A stretch of DNA of 62,843 bases, filler included, from Sphacelaria rigidula (taxonomy: Eukaryota), in assembly GCA_964200075.2 (NCBI GenBank). It is 5 parts of 5 records of this genome, joined end to end, with 100 filler letters (N's around TTAATTAATTAA, not from the genome) between each part and the next. Parts side by side here need not be neighbours in the genome. Positions count along the whole stretch, not along the records: positions 12,592 to 25,081 come from CAXNAA020003706.1; 4 more parts are not named here. One strand, given 5' to 3'. Shown here piece by piece: positions 12,592 through 25,181 of this stretch. Both the position numbers and the translations under genes were made by a program. Within the stretch, counting starts at the first letter, position 1; each line of letters begins with the position of its first letter. Under the pieces are notes generated by a model. The model had not been told where the DNA came from, did not search any database, and saw only the letters and a program-made list of their open reading frames with translations.

Positions 12592-12959
12592 CTAACTCCA
12601 AATAATGGCCGGCGCATCCGCCTGCAAACGTTCATGCAGCCTCTAGGCTGGCCCAGCTCGTAAGGAACCACCTATTATTTTGCGCGAGGGTTGCGGCTTA
12701 TCGGCCGCCCCAATCCGAGCACATGCCCTTATCGCGAAGTTCTTCTATCGACCAGACGTTTTCCGCTGAAAACTCGGGGTTCTTGTTCTTATTTCGACCA
12801 CGAGCCCTGTGCCCCATCAATATAGACAGGACAAAGTAAGTATCTCCTGAGTGCTTTTCCCTTTGGACGCTACACAGTGCAGAGATTGGTTGAGAAAATT
12901 GTCGCCATTTTTTCGTCTCGATTTCACACGTGGACAAGCGGCTCCCATGCAGCGAAATT

Positions 12960-13427
12960 CAAGGGCAGGTCGGGTAGGGTATATACTCAATACCCGGTAT
13001 TGTGAAAAGTCATACTTTAGTACCCAAACATATCGGTAGAGTATTGAAATCGTACCCAATCTCCGCAAAATCGGGTCGAGTATTTTAGATCGTACGCAAC
13101 ATGCCCAAAAATTACGAAAAGTATGGAGGTCATACCCAAGTGATACTCTATACCCAGGTATTGTTGAGGGTGCTTACCCAATATTTGGGTGGAGTATTTG
13201 AAGTCGTACCCTATCTATCCAAAATTTGGGCACAATACTTGAGGTCATACCCAAGTGATACTCTACGCACAGGTATTGCTGAGGGTACTTGCCCAATATT
13301 TGGGTAGAGTAGTTGAGGTCGAACCTAATCGAGGCCGTAACTGATCTACCCAAATCTTTGATAGAGTAAATAGCCGGGTATTATACCCGAGTATCTACAA
13401 CTACACACCCTACCCGACCTGCCCTTG
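12960..13427. mobile_element. hAT-like MITE, family B, with internal ~41-bp subrepeats
   Basis: TIRs CAAGGGCAGGTCGGGTAGGGT / ACCCTACCCGACCTGCCCTTG. No matching TSD on this copy; the copy at 22785-23699 has an 8-bp TSD. Confidence 0.8.
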
Positions 13428-14257
13428 GCTTTTTTCATAGAAAATATGCGGAGGAAAGGTATAAAGGGGCACTCGAATCCTATCTTCCAGACCACCACGC
13501 CAGATACAACTCGTTCACAGAACCATGCACAAACCCCACATAACTCATTCTCAGCTACCACCACAATCCTGCACCATAGAAACATGTTTTTTCGTGGTAG
13601 GGATCAGCGACGGAACTGCGTGGTAGGGTGGACGACCGACTTGCGTGTACTCATGGACAGTGCAGGCAGTACGAAGCTGCACGATATTCAAGTCCGTGTC
13701 ACGTCGTATTTGGAAGCAGAGAGTACAGTCCTGTGGAGTCTGCACTGCACGTTGCCCACTTATTTTTCACAATGCCACTGTACAAAACACGCACATAGCC
13801 ACTCAGGCACACTGTATGTATACGGCGCAGGCAGTACAGTACTGTATCGTAGACAGGCAAACAAGTGCCGCTTCACGAATTCATTTTTTTCCGATCGAAA
13901 GCGTGCGAAATGAAAGAATTCGCTGAAAACCAATTTCATTTCAATTTTTTACGTTTGAAAAATGACGTCCTAAGGCACGGCCTTACCAAATATTTGTGTA
14001 GATTATTGAAATCGTACCCAGTTTACCCAGAGTAAACGTCCCTATTACGGAACAGTACCTTTCTGTTAATCTTCCATAATTCCGCGAAATATTGATCGTT
14101 TCCCATTCTGTTTCTTGCTGCATGTGCACAAGAGCACGACGCTTCTTTTGAGCTACTGCACGTGCCCACAGCACCAGAAAACACCATCCCACAGCACTGC
14201 GAATAAGCGCGTGTGTGTCTTTCTCCAAAAACAGCACTTTGTTCGATCGGCTGCTAA

Positions 14258-15053
14258 TAGCCCTTCTTAACGAAGGGGATAATCCCCTTTTTCACGATCC
14301 CCGTTTGTCAGGGGATTGGCCCCTAATGATCAGCCCCGAGTCCTATCGACAAGCAGTTTTGTACAACTTGGAACACAGATCTGCACGCAGGTTGACGAAT
14401 GCGGCGGATCTGGAAGTGGTCGTTAGTCCAAGCAGGCCCAAGGTCTGTGTCATGCTGCAGACACGACACAACAAGGCAACACAACACCTACACACCCAGC
14501 CCCAAAAAACACGCACAGACACCCACCACTCACGCGCATAAGTTGCACTGCTAGGCCTTGCTAATCTGCACACGCCAGTCTTTGTTTGACAGGAATCCGT
14601 TCTGTATTGGACGAATGACGGCCGCATGCGTGTCAAAAACGACCGAAAACGTGTCGTTGCTGACCGTCTTGTAAGCGTGTGCTGCACGCGCGTCTCACAC
14701 AAATCATCATTTCTCAACGAATTCTAAACAGATTTGAGCAAGGTCACGGACAACGTGCACAGCTGATAAGAAGCTACGGATCAAGCTGTATATTTTTGGT
14801 TTGCGGAGCCACCAAGTCCCTCAGGTTCAGCTCTGTTTGTGTTAGGCTGTGTGGTAAGCCTTTGCATGTGCCCCTGTCAACCGGACACGTATGTTCCCCT
14901 TCGAGATGTCCGGAAATCCCCTCTGCAGAGGGGATTTCTGTGGACGTTGAGGGGATTTTTTGGAGGGAGTGGTATCGCAGCGACCAATCACTGGTCGTTC
15001 TTGAAAAAGGGGATTTTGAAAAAGGGGATTTTCCCCTTCGTTAAGAAGGGCCC
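14258..15053. mobile_element. PIF/Harbinger-like (Tourist-type) MITE
   Basis: ~43-bp TIR GCCCTTCTTAACGAAGGGGATAATCCCCTTTTTCA / TGAAAAAGGGGATTTTCCCCTTCGTTAAGAAGGGCCC, flanked by TAA (14255-14257, 15054-15056). Confidence 0.8.
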
Positions 15054-15099
15054 TAAGCATGCAGAGGGCAAGGGTGGACCCATAACGTGCAGCAGAGGC

Positions 15100-15580
15100 C
15101 GTAGAAGCGGTACGCAGCGGTCGCATGACCTTCTGTGCTGCTGCAAAGACCTTTGACATCCCGGTTGGTTCGCTACAGAAGCGTGTCAGTGGTAGCGTGG
15201 GCATAGCTGGCAGGGTTGACCCGGGTACTGTACTGTCGATGGAGGAAGAAAACTCCATCGAAGATATGCTGAAAATCGCCGCAGCTCGTCAACGGGCCTG
15301 AATAGAGACGGCCTGAAACAGGCGGTTATGGCACTCTACAACGACAACCGACCGGTGCCACAGGACCAGACGGTAGGCTCAGGTCGAAAAAAGCTCGACT
15401 TGTTCCTTCGGAGGCACCCGCGGCTGGGTGAGCACAGCAACCGCATCCACAAGGCCGACAGGGTGGTGCGGCCGCCGAAGAAGATCGCATGCCGGAGTTT
15501 TATGCGGCCTGTGAGGACTACGTGGACAAGGAGAAGTCAGCAACCGATCACAGATGGAACACTGACAAAACAAGTGTTTT
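15100..15580 (+). pseudogene. pogo/Fot1-like transposase fragment (psq and CENP-B HTH, start of DDE)
   Basis: Frameshifted translation IPVGSLQKRVSG..PGTVLSMEEENSIEDML..LFLRRHPRL..RWNTDKT resembles pogo HTH domains and the WN.DET motif. Confidence 0.7.
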
Positions 15581-16080
15581 ACAGTCTGTCAAGAGCCGTT
15601 CGGTTTATGTGGTATAACGCATGTGTCTAGAGCTAGAGCCAGAGGCTGTTGCTGTGGAGTGGTGTTTGTCTGCCCTCAATTATGCTGCGTTTGAAACGGT
15701 ATTATTCTCGCCGCATTCTTGGCCGACAATGCACCTGGCGTTTGCCTGCTCATTGCTGTCTCCCCGTGTTCTGTTGATTGCACGTACTCTTTATAGAGGC
15801 ACTGCCTATACTGTCTGCAGAGGTGTTGCAAGTACCGCGGTTAGAGGTGGTGCCAGTACTGTGCGTACCACCCGATACTCGACATACTACTCTGTACCGT
15901 GCCCCCCCCCCTCCCCCCCCTCCCTACACCCACCACTCGTGAATATCTTCGCCGTAGGTGTTACTCCGCAATGGACCAGGGCGTGGAAGGCCATCGCCGA
16001 GAAAGATTCCGCGAAGTTTTTGCTGCTTGGTTTGCTCTGTTTCGTGCTCGCTGCTGTCTGCGAGCTGCATCTGCCGTTCT

Positions 16081-17125
16081 CGTAGTCATTGTCAATTTTG
16101 GTGAAATTTTGTGTGTGGGGGGGGAGGGAGGGGGGGGGCGGGGGGGCAGCAGACGTTTTATTGCAACTCGGTCACATCCGTCGAACACCAACTTTTGCAA
16201 AAAATATGTCAAAGTAATTCCACTTGATTGGGTAGCTCAAAACAAACAGAAAGCATAGAGCTTTACGAACGTACTCGTCGACTTCGGCGTTACCGAACAC
16301 GGAGAAGAATGCTCAAATTTGTTCCAGAAATCCGGGGACAGGCCAAATTCATTCCCGAATTGACTCTTTTCCCTCTTTGGTGCCGAAAAGTGATGCATTG
16401 TGATGCATTGCGATGCGTAAAGGTTTGTGCCAAAGGAAAATATCTGGAACGTCCTACCTTTTAGGTGTTCCGTTTTCGTAGTCATTGTCGATTTCTGGTG
16501 ATTAAGGGGCATCACGCAACGTGCATCATGGTACCTTGATCGTGACACATGACCACCGAATTTTTGGAGAATACTGTCAAGACGTATTTCGAAGAGTTAA
16601 TGAAGGAGAAGAAGAAAAAAACGTTTTCGTCGAGTAGGGCGTTGCCAATCACAGACTTAATGGCCAATATTGTCCCGAAGAAAGGGGATAGGCCATTTTC
16701 ATCCCCGCATTTGTTTTCAAGCGTACGGCACTAGTCTCAAAAAAAAAGTACCAAAGGAGAAGGTCTGAAACGTCCCAGGTGTTCCATTTTCGTAGCCATT
16801 ATCGATTTCTGGTGAAAAATGAGTGACTAGGGGGCATCACTCAACGTGCGTCATAGAGTACCTTAATCGTAACCGACGAACACCAAACTCTGGGAGATTA
16901 CCATCAAAACGTATTCTAATGGGTTCAAGAAGAAAAACAACGGGAAAAATAGTTTTCGTCGAGTACGGCGTTGCCAAACACCGACTTGATGGCGAAATGT
17001 GTTCTGAAAATCAGGGGATGGGCGATTTTCATCCCCGCAATGAGTTAATCCTCTCTTTTCTTTTCAAAACGGACCACACTAATCTCATGAACATTTGCAC
17101 CAAAGGAGAAGGTCTAAGACGTGTA
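16081..17125 (+). repeat. Degenerate tandem repeat, period ~320-390 bp
   Basis: CGTAGTCATTGTC.ATTT..GGTG recurs at ~16081, 16477, 16791; CAAAGGA.AA..TCT recurs at ~16431, 16752, 17101. Confidence 0.7.
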
Positions 17126-17619
17126 AGGTCGCGAGAATCAACTGCTGCGTAAAGTGTACCGTAGTTGAAACAGGGGGTGTTTTGCCCGCATTTTTTACGT
17201 CAATAGAGCCATACTCCACATCTACGCCTGCAACTTGGTCTGATTATTTCTCAATCTGAAAACCTTAGGTGATGGAGGATTGGATTGTCTCTCTCCGGAT
17301 ACTCTGGGCATCGTTCCACGTGTCGTGGTTCCCACGAACCAGAGGATTTTCCCGTCAGGTGCCTTAAGCGTAAGAGAAAAAAAAAAAAGGAAAAAAAACA
17401 AACAGACACATGAACAAACAACAACCGCCAGATCTGCCAAAAATGTATACGGAAAGAAAGGAAGAGAAGAGAATGAAGGACAAAACAGGAAAAGACAGAT
17501 TACACAAGGAGATCAACATGGCCACCATGTTAGGGTTCAACTCGAAACAAAACAACCCCAAGCACCCTCATAGACGACTACCACAGCTGTTCGGAGAAAG
17601 GCGGCAGATATACCAGCGA

Positions 17620-17790
17620 GTATACTGCCCAAATGGACTACAGATATGGGTAGAGTATTTGAGGTGGTACTCAATCTACCCAAATTTTGGATAGAGTTGA
17701 GACCATACCCCATCTACCCAAGCCTTGGGTAGGGTAAATACCCGGGTATTTTACCCAAGGGTACATACCCTACCTGATCTGCCATTATCA
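17620..17790. repeat. Fragment of MITE family B
   Basis: GGGTAGAGTATTTGAGGTGGTACTCAATCTACCCAAA subrepeat and a degenerate right TIR ATACCCTACCTGATCTGCC. Confidence 0.7.
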
Positions 17791-18263
17791 CAATTTTTTC
17801 AACCCTGAGAGTATTTCGTAATACCCCACTTTGGTCGCTATTGCTTACTCCAGAGTATTTGCAGTCCTCTGGGATCCTCTGAAGAGCTTAATCCCTTCAG
17901 AGGAATACGTGCTCTCTGGAGGTTTCACGTGCCGTATATATATATATATATATATACTCTCGAGCTTCCTCCGGAACGCTCGTGGGGGGGGACGATCCAG
18001 GACCAGGGTGCCCGGAGCGAAACTGGCTGAAATACCTGAGGGACGATATTCAAGCTTCCGGAGTCACGAACGGCTCTTCGGACGACAACCGACAGGCGTT
18101 CGGAGTTAAAGTGTCCTCTGGCCCTCAGCAGCGAAGAAGAAAGGGGGATACCGTGTAACGAGGGGTTGCTGCAGGGAGCGGAAAAGTCTCTGACCTCATG
18201 GCACAAGGACGAGGAGGAGGCCAGCCGGATACGTGGGGTGGAACGGGATAAACAGAACCACTA

Positions 18264-18796
18264 TTGCACCTCACGTTCAAAGTAGCACGGGTTGTTTTAT
18301 GATTTTGCTCACGTTCTTCCCTTCGATAGAACTCGAAAGTGCTAGCGTCGGTAGATTTTGGTACAATAAACAGATCGTTCTCAAGAAACAGTGCCCAACT
18401 TAGTGTTAGTTGGTGTTATCGGGCGATACGAGTCGATACCCCGATTATCAGGAGGGTGTTATTGACCGTGATATAGATTTTTTCGGCCCTAGTGCAATGA
18501 GTCGGTGAAAAAAAACATGCTCTTCATTTCTTCACAAAAACGTTCGGGACAGGCCCGATTGACCGAAAATACCGAAGAGTCCGCATCTGGGCTGAAAAGT
18601 GGCAGGACCCCTGATGACCGGTCAGCCCGGAAGTCACTCAATATTGAATACAGACGGATTTTTTTCTTGGGTTGTGGAGCGGATACTAGTATACTCAGAT
18701 CTCCGACGTGATGAGCGGTGGCAAGCGAAATAACCTGAGAAAATCGCCAGTGTACGAAGAAATCACCAAATATCCTACTTTGAACGTCAGGCGCTG
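18264..18796. mobile_element. MITE, family A copy 2
   Basis: Inverted repeat ACGTTCAAAGTAG (18273-18285) / CTACTTTGAACGT (18775-18787); ends CTG followed by TA; body homologous to 4296-4840 in reverse. Confidence 0.8.
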
Positions 18797-18828
18797 TACA
18801 CAGTGACGATGGCTCAGAGGACGGAGGG

Positions 18829-19196
18829 GTGTGTGTGACTCGTGTTGTCATCCCATCTATTTTGGACGCCAGTCCACACCTTTCGGTATATGCGGGCGCA
18901 TCAGCCGGGGTCAACCAGGAGGAAGGGCAACACAGAAGTTTTTTTTTTTTTTTCAGTTCTCCACCTTCCTTCTGTGGGACTTGCCCTTTTTATTTTCTAT
19001 CGCGAGAGGGGTCCGGCAGTCCCTTTCCCTCGTCGACCAGGAAGTCAAATTTTGTGTACCCACGACATAGTCGCTCTCCACTGCTGGGCATTGGGTGAGA
19101 AAAAATCCCAGATCGTGTGACTGCACTGACATTCGAACCCACGACCCAACCGTCAGAAGGTTTCGTGGTTACCAACTGTGCCACCGGGGCGACCGG
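18829..19196 (-). mobile_element. tRNA-derived SINE
   Basis: Minus strand has A-box TGGCACAGTTGG and B-box GGTTCGAAT, then a ~280-bp body and CA-repeat tail; homologous to 55586-55945. Confidence 0.8.
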
Positions 19197-19571
19197 CCAC
19201 AGGGGAATAAACGAAAGGTTCGAATTGAGGATACCAGTGCGGCCGAGGAGAGCAGGGAAGAAATAGAAAAACGTGCAGTCAGCTTGTACCGACCTGAACA
19301 CGGCGGAGGTGGCAGGACTCCTCATCATCTCCACATGTCTACCTTTTCCCTACTAATTGCTGCCTTCTATGTACCCCTCCCCCGAGATGTTGTGTGTGTG
19401 TGCTCCGTCTCGAAAGGGATGCGTGGTCAATGGTCAAATGACTAAGGCAAGCAACAAATGAGTACGCCCCCCCCCCCGAGGTGTTGTGTTGTCATGCGGT
19501 ACTTTGCGTGTATGCCTCATATGCTCGTACACATAGTTGTCCCTCCAGGCCTACAAGGATAGAACCCTGTG

Positions 19572-20120
19572 TAGGCCCTGACTTGTAACGCATGCCTTAC
19601 TTTTTGCCTTATAGCCCCTTTTCAGGAAGGGATTGCCTGAGAGGGGGTATGGCGCCTGAGATTCCTTGTTTTAGCGAGGCAAACACATTTACTACAACAA
19701 AGAATGGAAGTAAGGCACACGAATGACGACGCCAACTCCAATTCGTCGGGATACCGGGGTTTCACTTTTTGCCTCAGAGCCCCTTTTCGAGAAGGGGTTG
19801 CCTGATAGGTTGTTTTATGCCTGAGATGCTTTATTTAACGAAGGCAAACGCATCATACCACAAAAACAATAGCAATGAGTCAAGCTTATGATAACGCTCA
19901 CTCCAATTGTTCGGGTAACCGGAGTGATTGTCTGAGGCAAGTCTAAGGCAAGTCTAAGGCAAGTCTAAGGCATCCCGACCTATAAACTAGGGCATTTCAG
20001 GCATGAATACGGGGTAAGGCATGCCTTAGCAGTTACCTGAGGCCAACTATTTTGCGTGAGACGTGCCTTAAACGGCTTGGCTTAGACCCCCCTTCGGTAT
20101 GCCTTAGAAGTCAGGGCCTG
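19572..20120. mobile_element. hAT MITE with 8-bp TSD
   Basis: TIRs TAGGCCCTGACTT / AAGTCAGGGCCTG; TSD ACCCTGTG at 19564-19571 and 20121-20128; internal (AAGGCAAGTCT)n. Confidence 0.92.
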
Positions 20121-20470
20121 ACCCTGTGATTCTCGTCGCTATGGTTGGTGATCTTGGTTCCTGACTTTGGCTCCGTATCTATTTGGCCTCGCGTGTTGAG
20201 TGGACCATTGGGCCCTGCCTCCAGTAGCCTGAATGGTCGCCCGCGGCAACGGAACTCACGAGGTTAGCGGTATTTTTTCTTTCCATCCTTCTAAGTTTTC
20301 TGTTTTTTGTGTCGCGTCTGCGTGATTTTTTCTGGGCCCGATTTACCGTTTTATTTCCTTACTTATTTTGGGTAGTTAGCCTGTGCCCACGCAAGGTGTC
20401 CAGATTAGATGCGCAGTACAGAGCACTGCGTAGATGTAGGAACCGTTTTGAGTGCGGATAAGACGATTAG

Positions 20471-20507
<37 letters not shown>

Positions 20508-20711
20508 GAGTATCAATATATCCCTCAAAGTATATAAGGACATTCTAGGGAAATCAGGGGGGCTGATTGCCCACGTGAAATCATCGCATCCCTGCACAAC
20601 AACGATAAAGCCTACCCTGAGACCTTAACAGACGACTGGGCCTCCTGGATAGACTACAAATACAAACTTTTCAAGGATCCGACGACCATTGAGTCATCCA
20701 TGTGAAAATTA

Positions 20712-23700
20712 CAAGGGCACGTCGGGTAGGGTATACAGCACCCAATACTCGCTAATTGTGAAAAGTCATACTCTTAGTACCCAAACATTTGGGTAAAGTA
20801 TTGAAATCGTACACAAACGTTTGGGTAGAGTATTGACGTCATACCCAAGTGATACCCTACGCCCATGAATTGCTGAGAGTGCTTACCCAATACTTGGGTA
20901 GAGTACTTGAAGTCGTACTCAATCTACCCAAAATTTGGGTGGAGTATTTGAGGTCATATCCAAGTGATACTCTATACTGCGATATTGCTGTGGATACTTA
21001 CCCAATATTTGGGTAGAGTATTTGAAGTCGTACCCAATCTACCCAAAATTCGGGGAGAGTGTTCGAGGCCGTACTCAATCCACCGAAACCTTGGGTAGCG
21101 TAAATACCCGTGTATATTAACCGAATATTCAAAAGTATACATCCCACCCGACCTGCCCTTGGCTTTTTTATCGAAAACATGCAGAGGGAAGATACGAAAA
21201 GACACTTGACTCCAATCTTGCAGAACACCACGCCAGATGCCACCCGTTCACAGAGTATTGAGGACCCAAGTGATACTCTATACTCCGGTATTGCTGAGGA
21301 TACTTACCCAATACTTGGGTAGAGTATTTTGAGGTCGTACCCAATCCACCCAAACCTTGGGTAGCGTAAATACCCGTGTATATGAACCGAGTATTCAAGA
21401 GTACATACCCTACCCGACCTGCCCTTGACTTTTTCGACCGAGAACATACGGAGGGAAGATACGAAGGGGCACTTGACTCCAATCTTGCAGAACACCACGC
21501 CAGATGCCACCCGTTCACAGAGTATTGAGGACCCAAGTGATACTCTATACTCCGGTATTGCTGAGAGTGCTTATTCAATATTTGGGTAGAGTGTTTGAGG
21601 TCGTACCCAATTTATCCAAAGATCGGGTAGAGTATTTTGAGGTCGTACCCAATCCACCCAAACCTTGGGTAGCGTAAATACCCGTGTATGTTATCTGAGT
21701 ATCCAAGAGTACATACCCTACCCGACCTGCCCTTGGCTTTTTTATCGAAAACATGCGGAGGGAAGATACGAAGGGGCACGTGACTCCTATGTTGCAGAAC
21801 ACCACGCCAGATGCCACCCGTTCACAGAGTATTGAGGACCCATGTGATACTCTATACTCCGGTATTGCTGAGAGTGTTCATCTAAAACTTGGGTAGAGTA
21901 TTTGAAGTCGTACCCAATCAACCCAAAATTCGGGTAGAGTATTTTGAGGTCGTACCCAATCCACCCAAAATTTGGGTAGAGTAAATACCCGTGTATATTA
22001 CCCGAGTGTTCAAGAGTACGTACCCTACCCGACCTGCCCTTGGCTTTTTTTATCGAAAACATGCGGAGGGAAGATAAGAAGAGGCACGTGACTCCTATGT
22101 TGCAGAACACCACGCCAGATGCCACCCGTTCACAGAGTATTGAGGACCCAAGTGATACTCTATACTCCGGTATTGCTGAGAGTGTTTATCTAATACTTGG
22201 GTAGAGTGTTTGAGGTCGTACCCAATCAACCCAACATTTGGGTAGAGTATTTTGAGGTCGTACCCAATCAACCCAAAGATCGGGTAGAGTGTTCGAGGCC
22301 GTACCCAATCTACCCAAACCTTGGGTAGCGTAAATGCCCGTGTGTATTACCCGAGTATTCAAGAGTACATACTATACCCGACCTGCCCTTGGAAAATAAC
22401 TCGACTTTCGTGCGATTGATTTGTACCGTGCGAATCGTTCCTTGGATTTTGTTTTCAGCGCGGCACCCCTGGTACGCGCACCCCAGGTACATGGAATGGT
22501 GCAAGGGCAGGTCGGGTAGAGTATTCTCAATACTCAGTATTTTAGAGGAGTCACACTTTCTGTACTCAACGTTGAGTAGAGTATTGAGGTTATACTTTCA
22601 AGAGGTACTCTATACTCAAGTATTACTGAGAATGTTTACTCAATATTTGAGTAGAGTATTCGAGGTCGTACTCGATCTATTCAAAATTTGAGTAAAGTGT
22701 TTGAGGCCGTACTGAACTTACTCAGAATTTGAGTAGAGTATTTGAGGCCATGCTCGACCTACGTGAAGTTTGAGTAGAGTATTTCAAGGGTAGGTCGAGT
22801 AGAGTATGTACTTTTCAGTACTCGAGTAAAATACTTGAGCAGAGAGTATCACTTGAGTATGACCTCAATACTCTACTCAAATTTTGAGTAGTAGGTCGAG
22901 TACGGCCACAAATACTCTACTCGAATTTTGAGTAGGTCGAGTATGGTCTCAAATACTTTACTCAAATTTTGAGTAGGTCAAGTACGACCTCAAATACTCT
23001 ACTCAATTTTTGAGTAAGTCCTCTCAGTAATACTTGAGTATAGAGTATCACTTGAGCATGACCTCAATACTCTACTCAAAGTTTGAGTAGATCGAGTACG
23101 GCCTCAAATACTCTACTCAATTTTTGAGTAAGTCCTCTCAGTAATACTTGAGTATAGAGTATCACTTGAGCATGACCTCAATACTCAAAGTTTGAGTAGA
23201 TCGAGTACGGCCTCAAATACTCTACTCAAATATTGAGTAAGCACTCTCAGTAATAATACTTGAGTATAGAGTATCACTTGAGTATGACCTCAATACTCTA
23301 CTCAAATTTTGAGTAGTAGGTCGAGTACGGCCACAAATACTCTACTCGAATTTTGAGTAGGTCGAGTATGGTCTCAAAATACTTTACTCAAATTTTGAGT
23401 AGGTCGAGTACGACCTCAAATACTCTACTCGAATTTTAAGTAAGTCCTCTCAGTAATACTTGAGTATAGAGTATCACTTGAGCATGACCTCAATACTCTA
23501 CTCAGAGTTTGAGTAGATCGAGTACGACCTGAAATACTCTACTCAAAGTTTGAGTAGATCGAGTACGACCTGAAATACTCTACTCAAAGTTTGAGTAGAT
23601 CGAGTACGACCTGAAATACTCTACTCAAAGTTTGAGTACTAAAAGTATGACTCTTCAAAAATACTAAGTATTGAGTATACTCTACTCGACCTACCCTTGG

Positions 23701-24815
23701 AGTATTTGAGGTTATACCCAAGTGATACTCTGCACTCGAGTATTACAGAGGGTGCTTTCTCAATCTTTGAGTAGAGTATTGAAGGTCGTACTCGATCTAC
23801 TCAAAAATTGAGTAGAGTATTTGAGGTCATACTCGATCTACTCAGGATTTCAGTAGGGTATTTTCGATCACACCCAATCGACCCGAAAGTTGGGTAGAGT
23901 ATCTGAGGCCGGACCTGATGTACCAAAATCCTATAACTTCCGTATTCAAATTCGTACGCAAGATACTCAAACTCGAGTAGAGTAAATACCGAGGTACTCC
24001 CAGAATTGCCCACTCATTAATAGTGCTGATTCCCGATCAAACATCAGCAACACACTCGGATACAGTTCTGTACACGAGGGCCGCCTCTACAAACCGGACC
24101 GCCGGAGCCTCTTATGGGGTCAGGTCTATCACTCCTGACCTCGTCGCGCCTTCTCCTGTTCCTTCCTCTAGCGACTGTTCCGGTGTTTCCGCGTGTTGCA
24201 CTGTTTCCACCCCTGTCTGTCCCGTGGAGGAGTCATTTGTGTGGCCAGTAGAGTCACTCATTTTGATAATACCCACCTGACCATTCGTCTACTCGATTAC
24301 TCAATGGTGATGAGTAGCGCTCTGCACTGAAACTGATATTGAAGGGGTTGCAAGTATCAAGTATGTACTGCCATGGGTGAGGGTTCATTCACCTGCACGC
24401 TTGTTTTATTCTTTTATGGCCATCATTCGCTCGTACTCATTGTAGCCCGTGACGTAACGCCCCCCATCTAATTGATGGCCATCGTTCGCCCGCATATTCA
24501 ACATAGTCTGTGAAGTGACGTCACGAAGTCGCCGACTGTCAGGGTTACTCATCACACCCAAGTGATACTCCATACACAAGTATTACTGAGAGTGCTTACT
24601 CAATCATTCAAGTAGAGTATTGGAGGTGGTACTCGATCTACTCAAAATCTGAGTAAATAATTTGAGGTCGTACTCGATCTACTCAAAATTTGAATAGAGT
24701 ACTGAGGTCATATTCAAGTGATACTCTATACTCAAGAATTACTGAGAGTGCTTACCCAAAATTGGAGTAGAGTATTTGAAGTCATACCCAAGTGATGCTC
24801 TATACTCAAGTATTA
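20712..24815. repeat. Satellite-like array built from MITE family B
   Basis: Dozens of ~41-bp quasi-palindromic units. Right TIR reiterated at ~21161, 21427, 21735, 22042 and 22391; new left TIRs at 22502 and 22785. Confidence 0.9.
22785..23699. mobile_element. hAT MITE (family B, GAG/CTC variant) inserted inverted into its own family
   Basis: TIRs CAAGGGTAGGTCGAGTAGAGTAT / ATACTCTACTCGACCTACCCTTG; 8-bp TSD GAGTATTT (22777-22784, 23700-23707). Confidence 0.92.
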
Positions 24816-25081
24816 CAGCACACGCGGCCATTCGGCTACCCCCTTAAAATCCTCTATCGCGATTTTCATCCTCTCGAGGGTCACTCTACCCTCGGGAGGA
24901 TGAAAATACCCTCCAGAAGATATTTCATACTCGGTTCCGGTCATAAAACGAATCCTCTGGAGGGCATCTAATGCTTCAGTGACTTATGAGGTCTGAATCC
25001 CTCCAGAGTACCAAAAATATGGTGCTCTGGAGCACGTGGTTTTCGTGAACGTCCCTTGAAGGGAAATGTGAACGGCAGAGG

Positions 25082-25181
25082 NNNNNNNNNNNNNNNNNNN
25101 NNNNNNNNNNNNNNNNNNNNNNNNNTTAATTAATTAANNNNNNNNNNNNNNNNNNNNNNNNNNNNNNNNNNNNNNNNNNNN
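25082..25181. other. Artificial contig linker
   Basis: 100-bp N/TTAATTAATTAA spacer. Confidence 0.98.

Larger units (their letters stand above)
17980..20507 (+). mobile_element. 5'-truncated LINE (RTE-like) 3' end with (CAA)n tail, interrupted by three insertions
   Basis: Broken translation GPGCPERNWLKYLRDDI..LWPSAAKK..GAEKSLTSWHKDEEEASR resembles an RTE ORF2 C-terminus; (AAC)n at 20471-20507. Continuity across the insertions is inferred. Confidence 0.55.

Noticed and set aside
19105-19196. tRNA gene (also 55586-55665)
   Set aside because: A and B boxes are present but there is no convincing acceptor stem, and both continue into a shared ~280-bp body, so they are SINE heads.
22860-23640. 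CRISPR-like regular palindromic repeats
   Set aside because: Units are tandem with no unique spacers, lie within TIRs and a TSD, and there are no cas genes; the context is eukaryotic.
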